Assembly: GCF_000315625.1 (NCBI RefSeq)
Contig: NW_005434663.1
Span: 248,001 to 312,000, forward strand
Reading direction: 5' to 3'
Source: Guillardia theta CCMP2712
Taxonomy: Eukaryota; Protista; Cryptophyta
DNA: 64,000 nt
Shown here: one piece after another, positions 45,622-58,500 of the stretch
How positions within the stretch are numbered: position 1 is the stretch's first letter
Layout of the letters: every line of letters begins with the position of its first letter
Program-made: the position numbers and the translations under genes
Notes under the pieces: generated by a model
Told to the model about the DNA's origin: nothing
The model's database searches: none
Seen by the model: only the letters and a program-made list of their open reading frames with translations

Positions 45622-48600
45622 TCACGCCGTCACCTCGCTCTGCACCCTCTCGATCTGTTCCTCGCAGTTCCTCTTGATGCTACTCAGGAGTCGCTCCATC
45701 ACGCCCATCAACGCCGCGAGCTCCTCGGGCGACTTTCTCGCCTGCATCATCAGCTCTTCCAGCACGTCCTGAAGGTTCATCGCCACCAGCCCGTCCAACC
45801 TCCACTGCATCGTGGCCCCAAGGTTGTACAGCGCGTAGCAGACGGTGCAGCACAACTCAGAGTCTGATAGTCCGCTCCTCCCCAGCGCCTCCATGAGCAG
45901 CACAAGCGCATCGCTCTGCATCTGAATGTCCATGCACGAAGGGTCACCTGCGAGGTTCACAACTACCCCAGCAGCCGCGGCGAGAACGTCACGGTCCGAG
46001 TGATCCAGGAGGAGAACGAGAGCCTCGTCGATGCGGGAAGAATGCATGACCGTGCGTGCGTCCTGATCCCTCGACAGGTTTCCGAAAGCCCTAGTGGCCT
46101 CAAGCACAGCCTCCTGGTTCTCCACGAAGAGCATCTCAGACAGGATCTTGATGAGGCCCATGCGGGTCTGCCAGATGACGGAGTCCTGCTCGGAGTAGTA
46201 GCTGAGGTTGGTGATGGCGCTCACGACGTTGAGGATCAGCTCCTCACAGTAGGCGATGTGGATGGTGCTGGCGAGAAGAATGAGCATCTCGATCTTCTCC
46301 TTCTTGGCGAGGACTGGTCCGATGCTCGGAGAGATCGCAAGATGAGCGAGCAACCGAACTATCTTGACAAGGAGGTCCTGAGACGCATGCTTGCTAAGCT
46401 CGCTGATATCTGACGCAGGGACTTCGTTGTTCTCGCCAAGGTTCTGCTCAATCTTCGTCTCCAGCTCCTCCGCAGCTGCAAGGAGAAGCTGTCCATGGGT
46501 GTACAGAATGTCCAAGAGAACGTCGAGGCTGTTCCTGCATCGAAAGATCTTGATTCGATGATCCTCGTCAGAGGACGTGAGATTTCCCAGCACGAAGGTC
46601 AGGCGAATGAGCAGAGGAGTCTTGTCCTGGTTGCAGGAGATGACTCGCATGAACGATTCATGAAAGCCAGAGATGCTCGCCATCTCCTCTTGACAAGACT
46701 TGGTCAGAGACAACTTGCTTATGACCCGAGACGCATTCAGGAGAAGTTCAGCGTCGTTCTCCCACAATGCGAGGATCTCAACGACGGCTCTCAGGGCTCC
46801 GAAAGCGACGAAGTCATCTCTGATCTTGCAGTCAGCACGTGCAGGAGATCGACTCCTTGACTTGCCTGTAACTAGAGACCGTGGATAGGTTGCGCAGCAG
46901 AACTAAGATCGTGTCAAGATACGAAGCGCATGGGCGACATGTACCAGCGGCTTGCGTTAAGAAGGATGTGACATGGTCTCTCATCTTACGGTTTCGTCCC
47001 TCACTTTCTTCTGATCTACCCGCGATGCCATCGCTTGCAAGTTGATCCTCGTGACCTGCAGCTTCAGCCTGATGGTTCGATGGTGTGAGATTGGGCTCCT
47101 GCTTCTCCAGCAACATCCCACCTGCCCGATTTGCCTGTCGAGCCTTGAGAAAGCTCTGATCCACGCGGTCACGACAGGAAGGGCCCCTGACTTGAGAATG
47201 GAATTCCGGTTCTTCGAGAAAGACTATCAACCCAGCGAAACCAACAATCATCGTGTCTACCTCATCGCTCTCGCTAGAACAGTTCTTCAACACCCCAATA
47301 AGGTACATCAAAGCCTCAACCTGCCCGAGTAGTCGACAGTAACAAGAACAAGAGATCAGATCCATAGACAGAGGCATGCTGCTTCACCTCTGCTTCACAC
47401 TGATCACTCAGACGAGAAATATGACCGACAACTGATTCAATCTTCCCTGAAGGAAAACTGTCAAAATCATCTAAATGCCCTGTACTTGCAATGTACCTGA
47501 GGAGCCGAGAGTTTGCAGAATCGTATCGAAGATTCCATTCGCTCGGAATATTTGATCGTTGTCAGGAGCCTGCAGAAGAGAGTTGGTTCTTGTGTGTTGC
47601 CAAAAACATGTAAGGTTGCTACCTTGCTGAGCCTGAACAACAGCTTTGACGCAGAAAGAAGGTTCGAGCCTCCCTTGGTAACAATAACAACAACTTTTGC
47701 TAACTTTGTAAGAATATTCGGATCTCTCGAGTCCATATGCTTTGCAACACTTTTTACAATTTCGCTCCGCTGAAAGAAATCGTGTTAGATTGGACAGTCA
47801 GAAACCAGGAGAAATTTGTACACCTGAGCCGTTTCAAGCGACATCACTACCTCCTGTGAGACAGAAGTCAGGTTCCGATCGTGAGATGCCACATCCTCAC
47901 AACCTTGTTAGGAAGAAGTTCGCATATCTCATCGCAGGCGTTCGACCTCAGATTTTGATTTTCCAACTGTAGCGATGTCACGATTCCATCAACGAGCTCT
48001 CCGCCCCTTACAAGACGCAGTTTGCTTCGCAAAGTTTGCCACAAGGCAGAGCTTGCACTTGTCTCTGAGGACGATCTCGGTCTACGAGTGGATGAAAACA
48101 CTTCCTGCTCCACCCCCGGCACATTTGTGTCCTGCAAGTATGCATGTGAACATTTGCTTCTCAGCAAGTTTTAACATCACGTCTAGGATTGTGAGAACTT
48201 CAGTCGATTGGGACCGACTCTCTTGAGTCTTTTTGGTCTCAATGACAGATTGATCCGATGCCGTCCTCGAAGAAACAAGCGAGCTATCCAGAGCTTGCCT
48301 TGTGGAAGGAAGGGGTACTTTGCCGATACCAGTGAAAGGTCGTTCCAATTCAAAACTAGTTTTGCAAGGATAAGAACAGAGCTGATCGTGCTGAGACCCA
48401 AAGAGAGTCCTGTACCTTCCAGTTGACAAGAGCGGGGTTGGCAGAGGGATGACAGAGTCGCCAGGGTTCAGCTGTAAGACAATCAAACGCTTCTCACCGC
48501 TTTCGCAAAGATTTGCTCTGACCAGTGTATGAGAGTTCAGACGTCGGAGAGGGTCTGCTGGAGTGAAAGGTCTAGAGGGATTCTTCAAGGAAGCTCTCTG

Positions 48601-48929
48601 ACAATCCTGTTGTGAGTATTCCCTACCTTAACACAAGGATCGAAACTCACTGCGCTCGCAATGGTGTCAGCGATGGTTCCTCGTCCAGTGTTCACTGCCC
48701 TCCTGTAGCTGTCGACGAATCCTGGGACAAGGTCACTATCCTTCTCCTCCTTCCAGTGCAAATCACTTGATGATCGGTTGAAACCTCTTTCGGGGACTCG
48801 TCCCGCTGGAGATTCGGGCCCTGGCATTCTCAGTTTACGGAAGCTGCATCTAGCAGGGCAGGGAGCTCAAATCTTACCATCGTCCTCACTCAGCCTCGGA
48901 TGGCCTTGCATGAAATCCGAACCGGGCAT
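45622..48929 (-). CDS. ARMC2: Armadillo repeat-containing protein 2 (ciliary radial-spoke transport adaptor family)
   Basis: N-terminal PSRPFTP motif; ARM segments ELLLNASRVISKLS, RLTFVLGNLT, DLLVKIVRLLAHLAI, EELILNVVSAITNLSYY, EATRAFGNLSR, LLLDH..RDV...AAGVVVNL. Start uncertain. Confidence 0.82.
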
Positions 48930-49951
48930 GCCCTCCAATTCTGGAACACCTTTGCAGTGAACGTTTCAGAACAGCACACAACACCAAACTTGCAAATATC
49001 TATCATCATGAACTCTCTGCACTTTGTAATTAGCCAATCAATGATGCTCCGCAAGAAGAAACACTGCCACTCTGCAAGTATCCTGCTCCCGCTTCCCACA
49101 TCTACATTTCATCTAGCTATTAATACCTCTTGATTCGACTCTTTCCCCCCTTGAGCCCGCTCGTGCTTCGCAAAGCATCATGGACTACAACAATCGCTAC
49201 TCTCGGTCAATGCCTTTCTTCATGTACAGGTGCGTATCTTCCTCCTGCTTTAGAAACCATCTTTCTTTCCTTTTTCTCTCTTCTCCCTTCTTGAATTTCG
49301 TTCAACTCTGTCTTGCTGTCTCTACCTCCACCCTTCTCCTCATTCTGGACCGAAGTTTGACCCGTTCATACCATCTAAGGTGTACTTGTCACCTTCCTTT
49401 GAATAGCCTTTCGTGCTCAGCCCACCCCTCCCTTGTCCTAGGATGTCCTGTACTGTCCATTCATAACTTTCACGTCACATCCCCCCCACCCCCCCCCCTC
49501 CGCTCCTCCCCTTTCCCTCTCTCCTGCTCCCGCCATTGTGGAGGCTGATGCTGGGGGGTGATTGGGGATATGACAGCCTAATAGAAGGGGTAGGGACATG
49601 GAAGAAGAAGGGGAGGTGCAAAGAAGGCAAAGGGCAGGGTAGGGTGACACACCCCTAGTTGTATCTTGATAGAAAATTGGTGGATTAAATGGGGGTGTTG
49701 ATAAACAATATCCACAAAAATAGGGGTAGGGGTATGTTGTGTCTGCTAGGCGTAGGGATACATTGGGGTGCAAGTGAATTACCAGGGGGTCTCGAGCAAG
49801 AGGGTGGTTCAAGAAGGGGGTAGGGGGTGGGGGTTGATCGAGTTTCGAAAAGTTGATCTGAACTTTTATAGTCAACATGAAGGTCTCATAGTCAATAAAT
49901 AAGGTCGAAACGAAGGCTCTATAGTCAATATCCTAGTTGACCAGCCTATGA

Positions 49952-50140
49952 ACTGAGTGACTTGAACATCCGATGGGCGCGGACTCAGTCCCGGCCGCCG
50001 CCCGGCGGGCCCGGGTGGCACGGCGGCGCCGCCGGACAAACTTTCTCGGCGGCCTCGCGGCGGATGTTCCGAGCCCGGCGAGTCCGACCTCGCCCGGCCA
50101 GGCGGCGGCGCCGGGGGGCCGGGGGCTGGTCCTCACTGAG
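49952..50140. repeat. GC/CCGG-rich quasi-palindromic intergenic element
   Basis: Dense CCGG/GGCC/GCCGCC, preceded by CTGAGTGACTTGAA. A similar element lies at 54056-54140. Confidence 0.55.
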
Positions 50141-50395
50141 TACAGATGAATCATGCAAGACTGAGGGTATCATCAAAGTTTCGGATGAGAAAAAATGTTT
50201 CTAAAGAATAATTTCTAAAAAAGAATAGACAGAGAATGCTAACTCATTCTTAAAGAATATCCTCCTCACTCCCTGAGGCTTCCCGGCTTTCCGGCGCCGC
50301 CGGCAGTGGCAAACTTTTCACACGGCCAGGGGCTTTGACTAGCGAGGTAGTCAAGCCTTGCAGCCGTGCTGGCATGGTATACGGGCAGTGCCGGG

Positions 50396-52136
50396 TCATC
50401 CAACACTCATGACCGGACTTCCATGATCCTCCTCTTCTTGGCCCCTCAACTTTTTCCTGCCACTGCTACTCGAGCGAGCGAAGGGCTTGTACGTAGCAGG
50501 ACTGCTTCCTGAGGGCTTACATCGACCCGAGTTTGACCCTGTCCGTCCCATCAGATCAACTGCGATCTTTGTCGTGTGTTGTCATCACAAAAGGACTGAC
50601 CTTGAAAGATTGGCGTCGTTGCGCACCATTCCTCTTCTTCGCCCAGCTTGCTGCAACTGTCCACATAAATTCCTGTCACTTAGTCAGAAATGGAATTGAA
50701 CCATCCATGTGGAAATCCTACATACCCTGCGATTGTGAGCTGTTGCAGCCACCTTTGCAGTATTTGAATGGGAAAGAGCATTTCTGACCTTCAAAAGTGT
50801 ACGAATCGTGAAGATGTAGAGTTCGAAAGTGCTGACATGACATGGCTTGCAACGTCTCCTTCTGAAAGCCCAGTGGTTTTCTCAAGTAAACGTTGTATCG
50901 CAATGCAGCGTGAAGATCATAGTGTGAAAGCTGTGGGAACACACGTTTGGAATATACGTTCTCGCCCCCGACGACTTCAACCTTCAGTCCTAGGAGGTAA
51001 GCAAAGCGATACCAGTACCACCTCGGAATATCCCAGTTGCCCTCAGGCCCCTTGGGCTTGAAGACGCTCATCTCTGGATCATTTAGCTGTCCCAGAAAGA
51101 TCGAACCGCCAGGACGAACGATTCGCACAAGTTCACGAGCGATCTGACAAGCCTTGGTGACTCCAGAAACGTACATAAGGACAGCAAACGAGACGGCATG
51201 ATCGAATGATTCATCCGGGATGAAGTCCAGATCGGTAGCTGAAGCAGCACAGAACGTGCCGTTGACACGACTTCTGCTTATGACAACAAGACCCTGAGAA
51301 ATGTCTACTCCGGCAACTTTCACTCCATACTGCCTTGCAAGGGAGTCAACGAACGCCCCAGCAGCAGACCCGCTTTCAAACACAGTTTGTCCCTTCTGCA
51401 GATGCAGTCTGTCGACATGCGCTCTGACGATATGGTCCCATTGGCTCAGACTTGTATGCCCATAGAAGCTGTAAACATGCAGAGGAGTCGTGGTAGGGTC
51501 CAACCCCTTCATGTTCGAGAGCCTGTCGTACTTCTTCCGTGCTCTCGCAGATGCCGCATCGAGAAGGTACTTGGAGGGGCATCGGAGGTCTTCCACCCCT
51601 TCCTCCTCTCCCTCTCCTCCTCGGAGAATCTCATGTACACTGACCACCACTGAGTCGCTGGTGCACATGGGGACCTCACAAAGCTCTTTCTCAGGGTTTC
51701 GTTTCTCTCCGTTGTAGCACCACGGCGCGGCATCGTCCGATGGGTTCCGGCAAAAGTTCTGGATCAATCCTGAGAGAGGATAGTTGTCAGGGCTGAACTT
51801 GTGCCTGTTGGGCCTCTGTGAAGACCAGTGCTGGCAGACTGCCCCGCTCCTGGTTCTCCTGACCAAACCTCTGTAATCTTCCCCGTTCAACACAAAGCAA
51901 TCTATGTTTTGCAAGGTTGTGCTGTAGGAGTTTTTTCGTCTGTTCTTGGAAGGATTGAATCTCGTTGAGTTCTTTTGTAATATATGCTTCGAACCTTTTG
52001 CTGCCCAGAAGAAAATGGGAGTGATAGACCATAAGGTAGCAACCACCATCAGCAATAACAACCTCCTAAACATAACACTTTGTTTCCGCGGGGCTGGATT
52101 TGCGGCACGAGTTCGCAGAGCTTCACGGTATTCCAT
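50396..52136 (-). CDS. Membrane-anchored protein: kringle domain, class I SAM-dependent methyltransferase, fibronectin type II domain
   Basis: TM segment LLLLMVVATLWSITPIFFWA; kringle CFVLNGEDYRG...SGAVCQHW...NFCRNPSDDAAPWCY...ELCEVPMC; MTase VFESGSAAG, AGVDIS, ESFDHAVS, ELVRIVRPGG; spliced FN2 CSFPFKY...YVDSC...WCATT...GRC. An upstream ATG at 52274 may extend the N-terminus. Confidence 0.85.
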
Positions 52137-52733
52137 GTTAACACGTGATCGATAGAAATCAAACTTTTTCACACTCCATCCTTCGTGAACTCTACCTTCA
52201 CCCAAGGCAAGTTTGGTAGAACCATTCTACCAATCATCACAGCCTTCCTCTATCGAAAGTCCAGGACCTGCCATCTTCGACCATCTCAATTCCCTTGACT
52301 CTCTATGATGTCGAGACATCGCTCACCACCTCTCACCATCCTGCCCCATTCTTGTTAGTTCAACCATGAAAGGCATGGCCAGCCGTTTCTTTTGTAACGA
52401 GCCGTTACGAAGAGGTTTCAGGTGGTTACTCACCGTTTTCGCAGCACCCGCCTCAGGCAAGAACCCTGACCCACCTCACAGATCGCTCACTACCCTACCC
52501 CCTTCCATCGAGGGAGTTTTGCACGCGACTCGTACCACCCCCCTTTTCCGACCCATCACGTATTTTTGGGGGTACATATTCAGCAAATTTGAAAATGAAA
52601 TGATGGGTACTTTAGTGGACACCCACCATGAAATCAACTGGGTAATGACCCCCACCAATTTCTTCCAACCACCCTACCCTCAATCTATAGTTTAAAAAAA
52701 ACAGCCGCCTGCACGAGCTTGTCCACCTCCGCC

Positions 52734-53901
52734 ATGCCGCAAGCAGTGCCTGAGCATGTCGTCAAGAAGCGCAAGGCCCAAGAGGCCATCGCCGCTGACA
52801 GACAGGCTACCTTGATCAAGGAACGCAAGGAGAACAAGGAGGCTAGAAAGGCCATGATTGTTAGGACCGCGAAGTACCACAAGGAGTACAAACAGGCTGC
52901 TGCGGATCTTGTCAGGTTTCGCCGTGAGGCGAAGAAGCACGGAAACTTCTTCATGGAGCCTGAGCCCAAGCTTGTTCTTGTTGTTCGCATCAAGGGTATC
53001 AACTCTGTTGATCCCAAGACTCGCAAGATCTTGCAGCTCATGCGCCTTCGCCAGGTAACGATAAATAGCAGATCGATTCGTTCATGGGGGTGATAGCTAG
53101 CTCTGACTTGTCGTTGTCCTCGGACACAATGGTGTTTCATATTATCTCTATGTTTTCTGGTGATTGCTCTCGGTTCTGGCGAGTTGTTGTTGCGTTCTGT
53201 GAAAAGCAATGATGTACAACCGACTTGAATAATCTGGTGGAGTCGAGGCGAGCTTTGGTAGTTTTCCGTGTTCAAAGGTCATGGACAATGAGATGCTGTA
53301 TACTAGACCTGTTAGTTTTGGTGTCTTGATTTTTGTGTTTACGTCTCTGTTCCCCCCTGATGTGGAAGCGTTCTAACGACACCTGCAGATCAACAACGCT
53401 GTGTTCATGAAGGTCAACTCTGCCTCCATCAACATGCTTCGGCTTGCGGGTGAGTACGTCACCTACGGCCCTCCCAACCTCAAGACTGTGAGGGAGCTCA
53501 TCTACAAGCGTGGTTTTGCGAGCGTGAAGAAGCAGCGCATGCCACTCACCGACAACAAGATCATTTCGGAGGCCTTGGGGGAACATGGAATTACTTGCAT
53601 GGAGGACCTCATCCACGAAATCTACACCGTTGGACCGAAGTTCAAGGAATGCAACAGATTCCTCTGGCCGTAAGTCGATTTTTTTGTGGATTGATCTCTT
53701 TTGATGAATCATTCCGTATTTTTTATGCTTGTTATATGTGTCTTCTGTGATGCCTGTTTCTGCCTCTAATTGTCGTTGGACAGGTTCAAGATGTCTTGCG
53801 CCAAGGGTGGCATGCCCAAGAAGCGCTTACATTTCATTGAGGGTGGACAGTATGGTGACCGTGAGGAGTTGATCAACAGCCTCGTGCGCAAAATGAACTA
53901 A
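52734..53901 (+). CDS. RPL7: 60S ribosomal protein L7 (uL30)
   Basis: Exons 52734-53054, 53389-53669 and 53784-53901: [93 protein letters not shown]. Confidence 0.98.
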
Positions 53902-54055
53902 ATCTGAGAAAGTATTAAACCACTCCCAGGAATTTTGTTTTATGAATATCTGTATTTCGATAGATATCATGAGTTCAGCAGATATTCTCACCATGACGTG
54001 ATGCCAGTCCGAATCGGAACCGGATATCTTGCGATTTGTCAACGGTTCGTCGTTG

Positions 54056-54140
54056 TCAGTGACTCTTGAAGGCCCGGTCTGGGCTTGGCCCGGGCCGGGC
54101 CCACCAGCGAGCGGCCCGGCCGGGCCGGGCCTGCCCTCGG
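54056..54140. repeat. Second GC/CCGG-rich element (GGCCCGGGCCGGGCC repeats)
   Basis: GTCAGTGACTCTTGAA followed by GGCCCGG, GGCCCGGGCCGGGCC and GGCCCGGCCGGGCCGGGCC. Confidence 0.55.
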
Positions 54141-55563
54141 AACCAAAATCAAGTCTTGAGGTCAGTTACACCCCATCTCGCTAGGACTGATATGGGGGTG
54201 GAGGGTAGTCAACGTGGTACCACCCCTTCTTTTCAGTAACATTTGGCTTATATACAAGCCTGGGTCGTTGTCGTGAAAAGTCAAGTAGGGGTGTGGGTGC
54301 TTGTGGACTAGGAAGCTGGGGGTAGGGGTAGCAGACTTGAGACATTAAGGGTGGTAAAGATAAGTGATCAGTGAGGTGTTGAGGAGGTGGGGTACTCCAA
54401 AGTATTCAATGAAGGGGTAGGGGTATTGGTTCAAATTCGTAAGGGCCGGTGGGGTCAGGAAAGGGCAGGGGTGGTACCATTTGGTATTGGTGGGTCCATC
54501 AGAAAGCAAAGGGGGTGGAGGAGGGAATTACTAGGTGGAGATACACAGAGGGTGGGTGAGAAATAATGGGGTACTCAAAACAGTCAGGAGTTACTTCAAG
54601 AAGGGGGTACTTTTACCAGTTTCAGTAGGGTACTTACCCAATCACAGGGGTAGTACTAGTCAAGAGGGGGTGGTCGTGTAGAGACGGGGGTAATTACTGA
54701 GTGCTGCACATTTGGATTACTGGAGGGGGGTGGGGGGTGGGGGATGTGGGGTCATTTGGGTTTGCGAACGTTTTGATTCAACGCATGGCAGAAGATGAAG
54801 AATACAGGAGGAAGAGGAGGTGGAGGAGCGACTATGGTTCTGATCGCAATGATCAGAATGGCAAAGGATGTTGAGAAGGAGGACGAGGAGGACGAGGAGG
54901 AGAATAGAGAGGAGCATATGGTTGAGAATCAAGCAGAGTAGTGCAACTTTTGAAGGGCGATCAAAGAGATCAGTTGAGCAGCATGCACGGGAAGTGAAGG
55001 AATTCAGGGAATATGTTTTTTGACGAACAGATATTGGGCAAAGTAATCTGAAACATCAGAATTGAGAGCGAGAAACGGAAATGAGGTGTCAGTTACCGGA
55101 GTGAAGCACCACTTTCAATCCACAATCAAGTATGAGAAAACATTGATAAATATGGACGATTGTGGAAAGAGATATCAAGGTCAGAAGAGAGTAGAGAGAC
55201 TAGGAAGAAACTGAGCAGGCTCGAAATGGAATTGAGATTCTAGAAAATTGCGCAGGTATAAGGATGAGCAATTCAGTGCAGGGCAGGTCGGGGCTGTGAA
55301 AGGGCGAGTAGAGCTTGCATGGAAAGATGTTGCGCAGATGTGTGGCACTGATATGGCAGAGTGACAGAAAGTAACCAACCATCTCAATATTCCTTGTTGA
55401 TGATCGAAAGAACAGATGAAAACTTACTACTATTTTTGTTCATTCTTGTCCACGATTTCGAAAGTAACCAATATTTTGCCTTAGACTCGAGGTTGACCAA
55501 CAATGAGGGAGATGGATCTAGATTGACGAAGATCGCTCAAGTCTCTGTTCCGACTTTGCGAGG

Positions 55564-58500
55564 ATGGCCCAAATTTATGTCAACACCTCTGGTCGAGCGA
55601 ACAAGAGCCGGCCAGTCTCTGCAGTGGAGAAAAGCAGGATTGGGAGGTCGGGACGCGATGGCGGTCGTCCATCTTCTGCAGGGGTTCTGCGCTTTGGTGC
55701 AACATTTTCCGGGAACCAATCCAATTTGATCTCTGAATCCGACAGCTCCAGGGCCTCGGAAGCTCCAAGGGGAATGCGACTGACAGACACAGCAAAGGCA
55801 GAGAAGATCCTGAACCCGTATTATGCAAGCAGTCGTGCCTCGTCATCTGCATCGTCCACGAGCAGCAGGCTGAAAAATGCAAGTCTGAACTCATCGAAGA
55901 CCAGTGGCCGCCACCAGCTGTGGATGATCGGGCCCAAGACCACAACGAAAGCTGCCTGGGATCCGGATGAAACTGCTCTACACCGTGATGCTCGAGGGAA
56001 AGAGATGGACTCTGCGGGTTTCAAAGGCTCCGATCGAATGTCAAAGCTTGCTCATTTTGGTGACACCAGCGACAAACAAAGTCTTTTAGAGGTCGAAGAA
56101 CAGTTGAGGCATCTCGCCAACACGTTCGGATCACGTTCAAAGCAGGCATTGCAAACCAGCGAGAAACTAGGAAGACTTTACAATTCGAGGGCGATGGTCA
56201 ATCTGCAAAGAGGAGAAAATTCCATTGCATTCATTCTGCTGCAATGTGCTCAAATGGTGATTTCGGATTTTGAAGGCTCTGTAGATCTAGAGAGCTTGAA
56301 GGCTTTGACGTATAACAACCTGGGTTGCTATTTCCGTCGTGAAGGAATGCCCATGGAGGCGTTGAAGTGGTTACGTCAGGTCAGGTCGGAATGAGCTCTC
56401 ATGTAAGTTGACGTATGCGCAGGCTCATGACATAGAAGAACGAATCGGAGAAGTCTCGTCTCGTGGTTCAACCTTCCTCAACCTATGTGCGGTTTACTCG
56501 CTCCTGGGCAAACATCTGAATGCCCTCAACTGTGCGACCGAAGCATTGAAGTATCTGGACGTCCAGTCTCGCAAACCAGAAGTAAAAGGACATGGGTCCG
56601 AGAGAACCGATCGGGCTTCCATGCTGGCAATAGCTTACCACAACATCGCTGTGGAACAGGTTTCACTATTCCTCCAGTACAAGGTCAAGGTTGACGAATT
56701 TCCAGGAATACTTGAATCGGTACGAGGATGCCATTCGGTCGTATCAGAGCGCACTGAATGTAGTTTGATTTTGATTTTCCACTGCGATGGGACCCTCCTG
56801 ACACGATGCGGTTCAGGTGTTGGAAGTCCAAGGATTGGATAAGTCTAGCCTTGCAGGGAAACTGAGACTTGCCTTGACGTCTGCTCAAAATTCCTTTCAC
56901 GTGAGTTTCTTGTCGAGGAATCGGTTCTTTAATCGATGAGTGTGTTCCTTGCAGGCAAATGCAGTCGATGATGACTCTGTGGACTCTCGGAACAGCACTG
57001 GTATTCATAGATTGTCTGTTTCACAGGGGTTAATTTTTGTGTTTCAAAGTAGCCATGGAGAAACATCTCTTGCACCGGGGAAATCCAAAACCAAGCAAAG
57101 CTCCTTCTCAGGCATATGTAGCAAAGCCTGCCCTCGGCTCGAACGTTGGGATTGAGGAAGCGAGGTCACCCAAGAAGTCGCGTGCAAATCGAACTCCGAG
57201 CGGTTCCTCGGATGCGAAAATTAATCGAGATGGCGATAGAGATATCAAGTATGCAAATGCAGGACGGAAGGACCCCAGTCCGACCACCAATTTTGTTGAT
57301 GCAAGTTCAGCAGAAGTGCAGAAGAACAGTTTTGCCTACGATTCAAACATCGATTGGCACATCAAGGCAGGGGCAGTGAACGAGCAACACAGACTGGATC
57401 CTGATGACTCAAGAAACGACGATCCATCACACTCCAAGGAAGTAAAGAAACGAGAGAAATCACCCGACTCTTCATCGAGCAGGTAGGACTACTCCATCTC
57501 TGCAACAGGATTGTGAATTGTGCTGAAACAGGGAAAAGGGAAAGAGGCCACTCTCTGCTGCTAGACTCCCACTGGCCGAAGATGAATCGAGCGAAAGTCT
57601 TATCCGAGAGGAGCCGAGCAAAGTAAGGAGGCACTCACGCAAGACAGCACGACCCCGGACAGCCGGCAGGGAGAGAATGGCTGACGATGACCGTGAAGAA
57701 CTGCTGGCGATGACCGACCCATCTTCGACTGATGCTGGTACCTTCAGTCCAACCTCTTGTGTTGCAGCTGATTCAATTGGCAGGAGAATACGAAAATGTT
57801 GAAGGGGACGCGGAGGCTGAGTCGGATGCAGAATCAGCGCTGCCGGGAGCGAGCAAGAAACATGAAGGGGACAGGCACGATGAGTCTTGTGACTTCGACG
57901 TGGCGTGTGCCAACGATGACTCGCAAGACGCTGATCTCATCAACAAGAATCGCCCGCTCTCAGCGGCTCGGCCAGCCAACGGAGCTCCTGAGCCAGCCAG
58001 TCGAGCTCGACAGGTGACTCCCACATCAGCACTCAACTCGACTGACATCCTGCGCAGTCTCGCAAAACTGCAAGACCGCGGACAGCAGGTCGAGACAGGA
58101 TGCACCAGGAGGACAGGGAAGATCTCCTAGTGCTGAGCAGCGCGTCTGATGAAGGCGATGCCTACGAGTACCTGTCGGGCGATGACGACGATGAGCCATC
58201 GGTGGTGAATGCAAGGAATGGGAACGAAGGGAGGGCGATGAAGTACGAGAGCTCTGATGTTGTCAAGGAGATGAGCAGCAAGCTCTCGGGCCACTCTCAG
58301 AACTCGGCAATGAAGGAGAAGAGGAACCCGTCCAGCCGTCCCCTTTCTGCTGGAGTCTCGTTCGGCTCCATCTCGAGCAACTCTCACGCCTCAAGGCCGC
58401 AGTCCGCTCCCTCTCGTCGTCCTGGTCGGTTTCAGAGCCAGAGGGACAGAAGTCACAAGGACAAGGGCCTCGAGAAGGACGAGGAAGGCTTGAAGAGAAG

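Noticed and set aside
53670-53783. Box C/D snoRNA in RPL7 intron 2 (TTGATGA at about 53701)
   Set aside because: No downstream CTGA D box or terminal stem.
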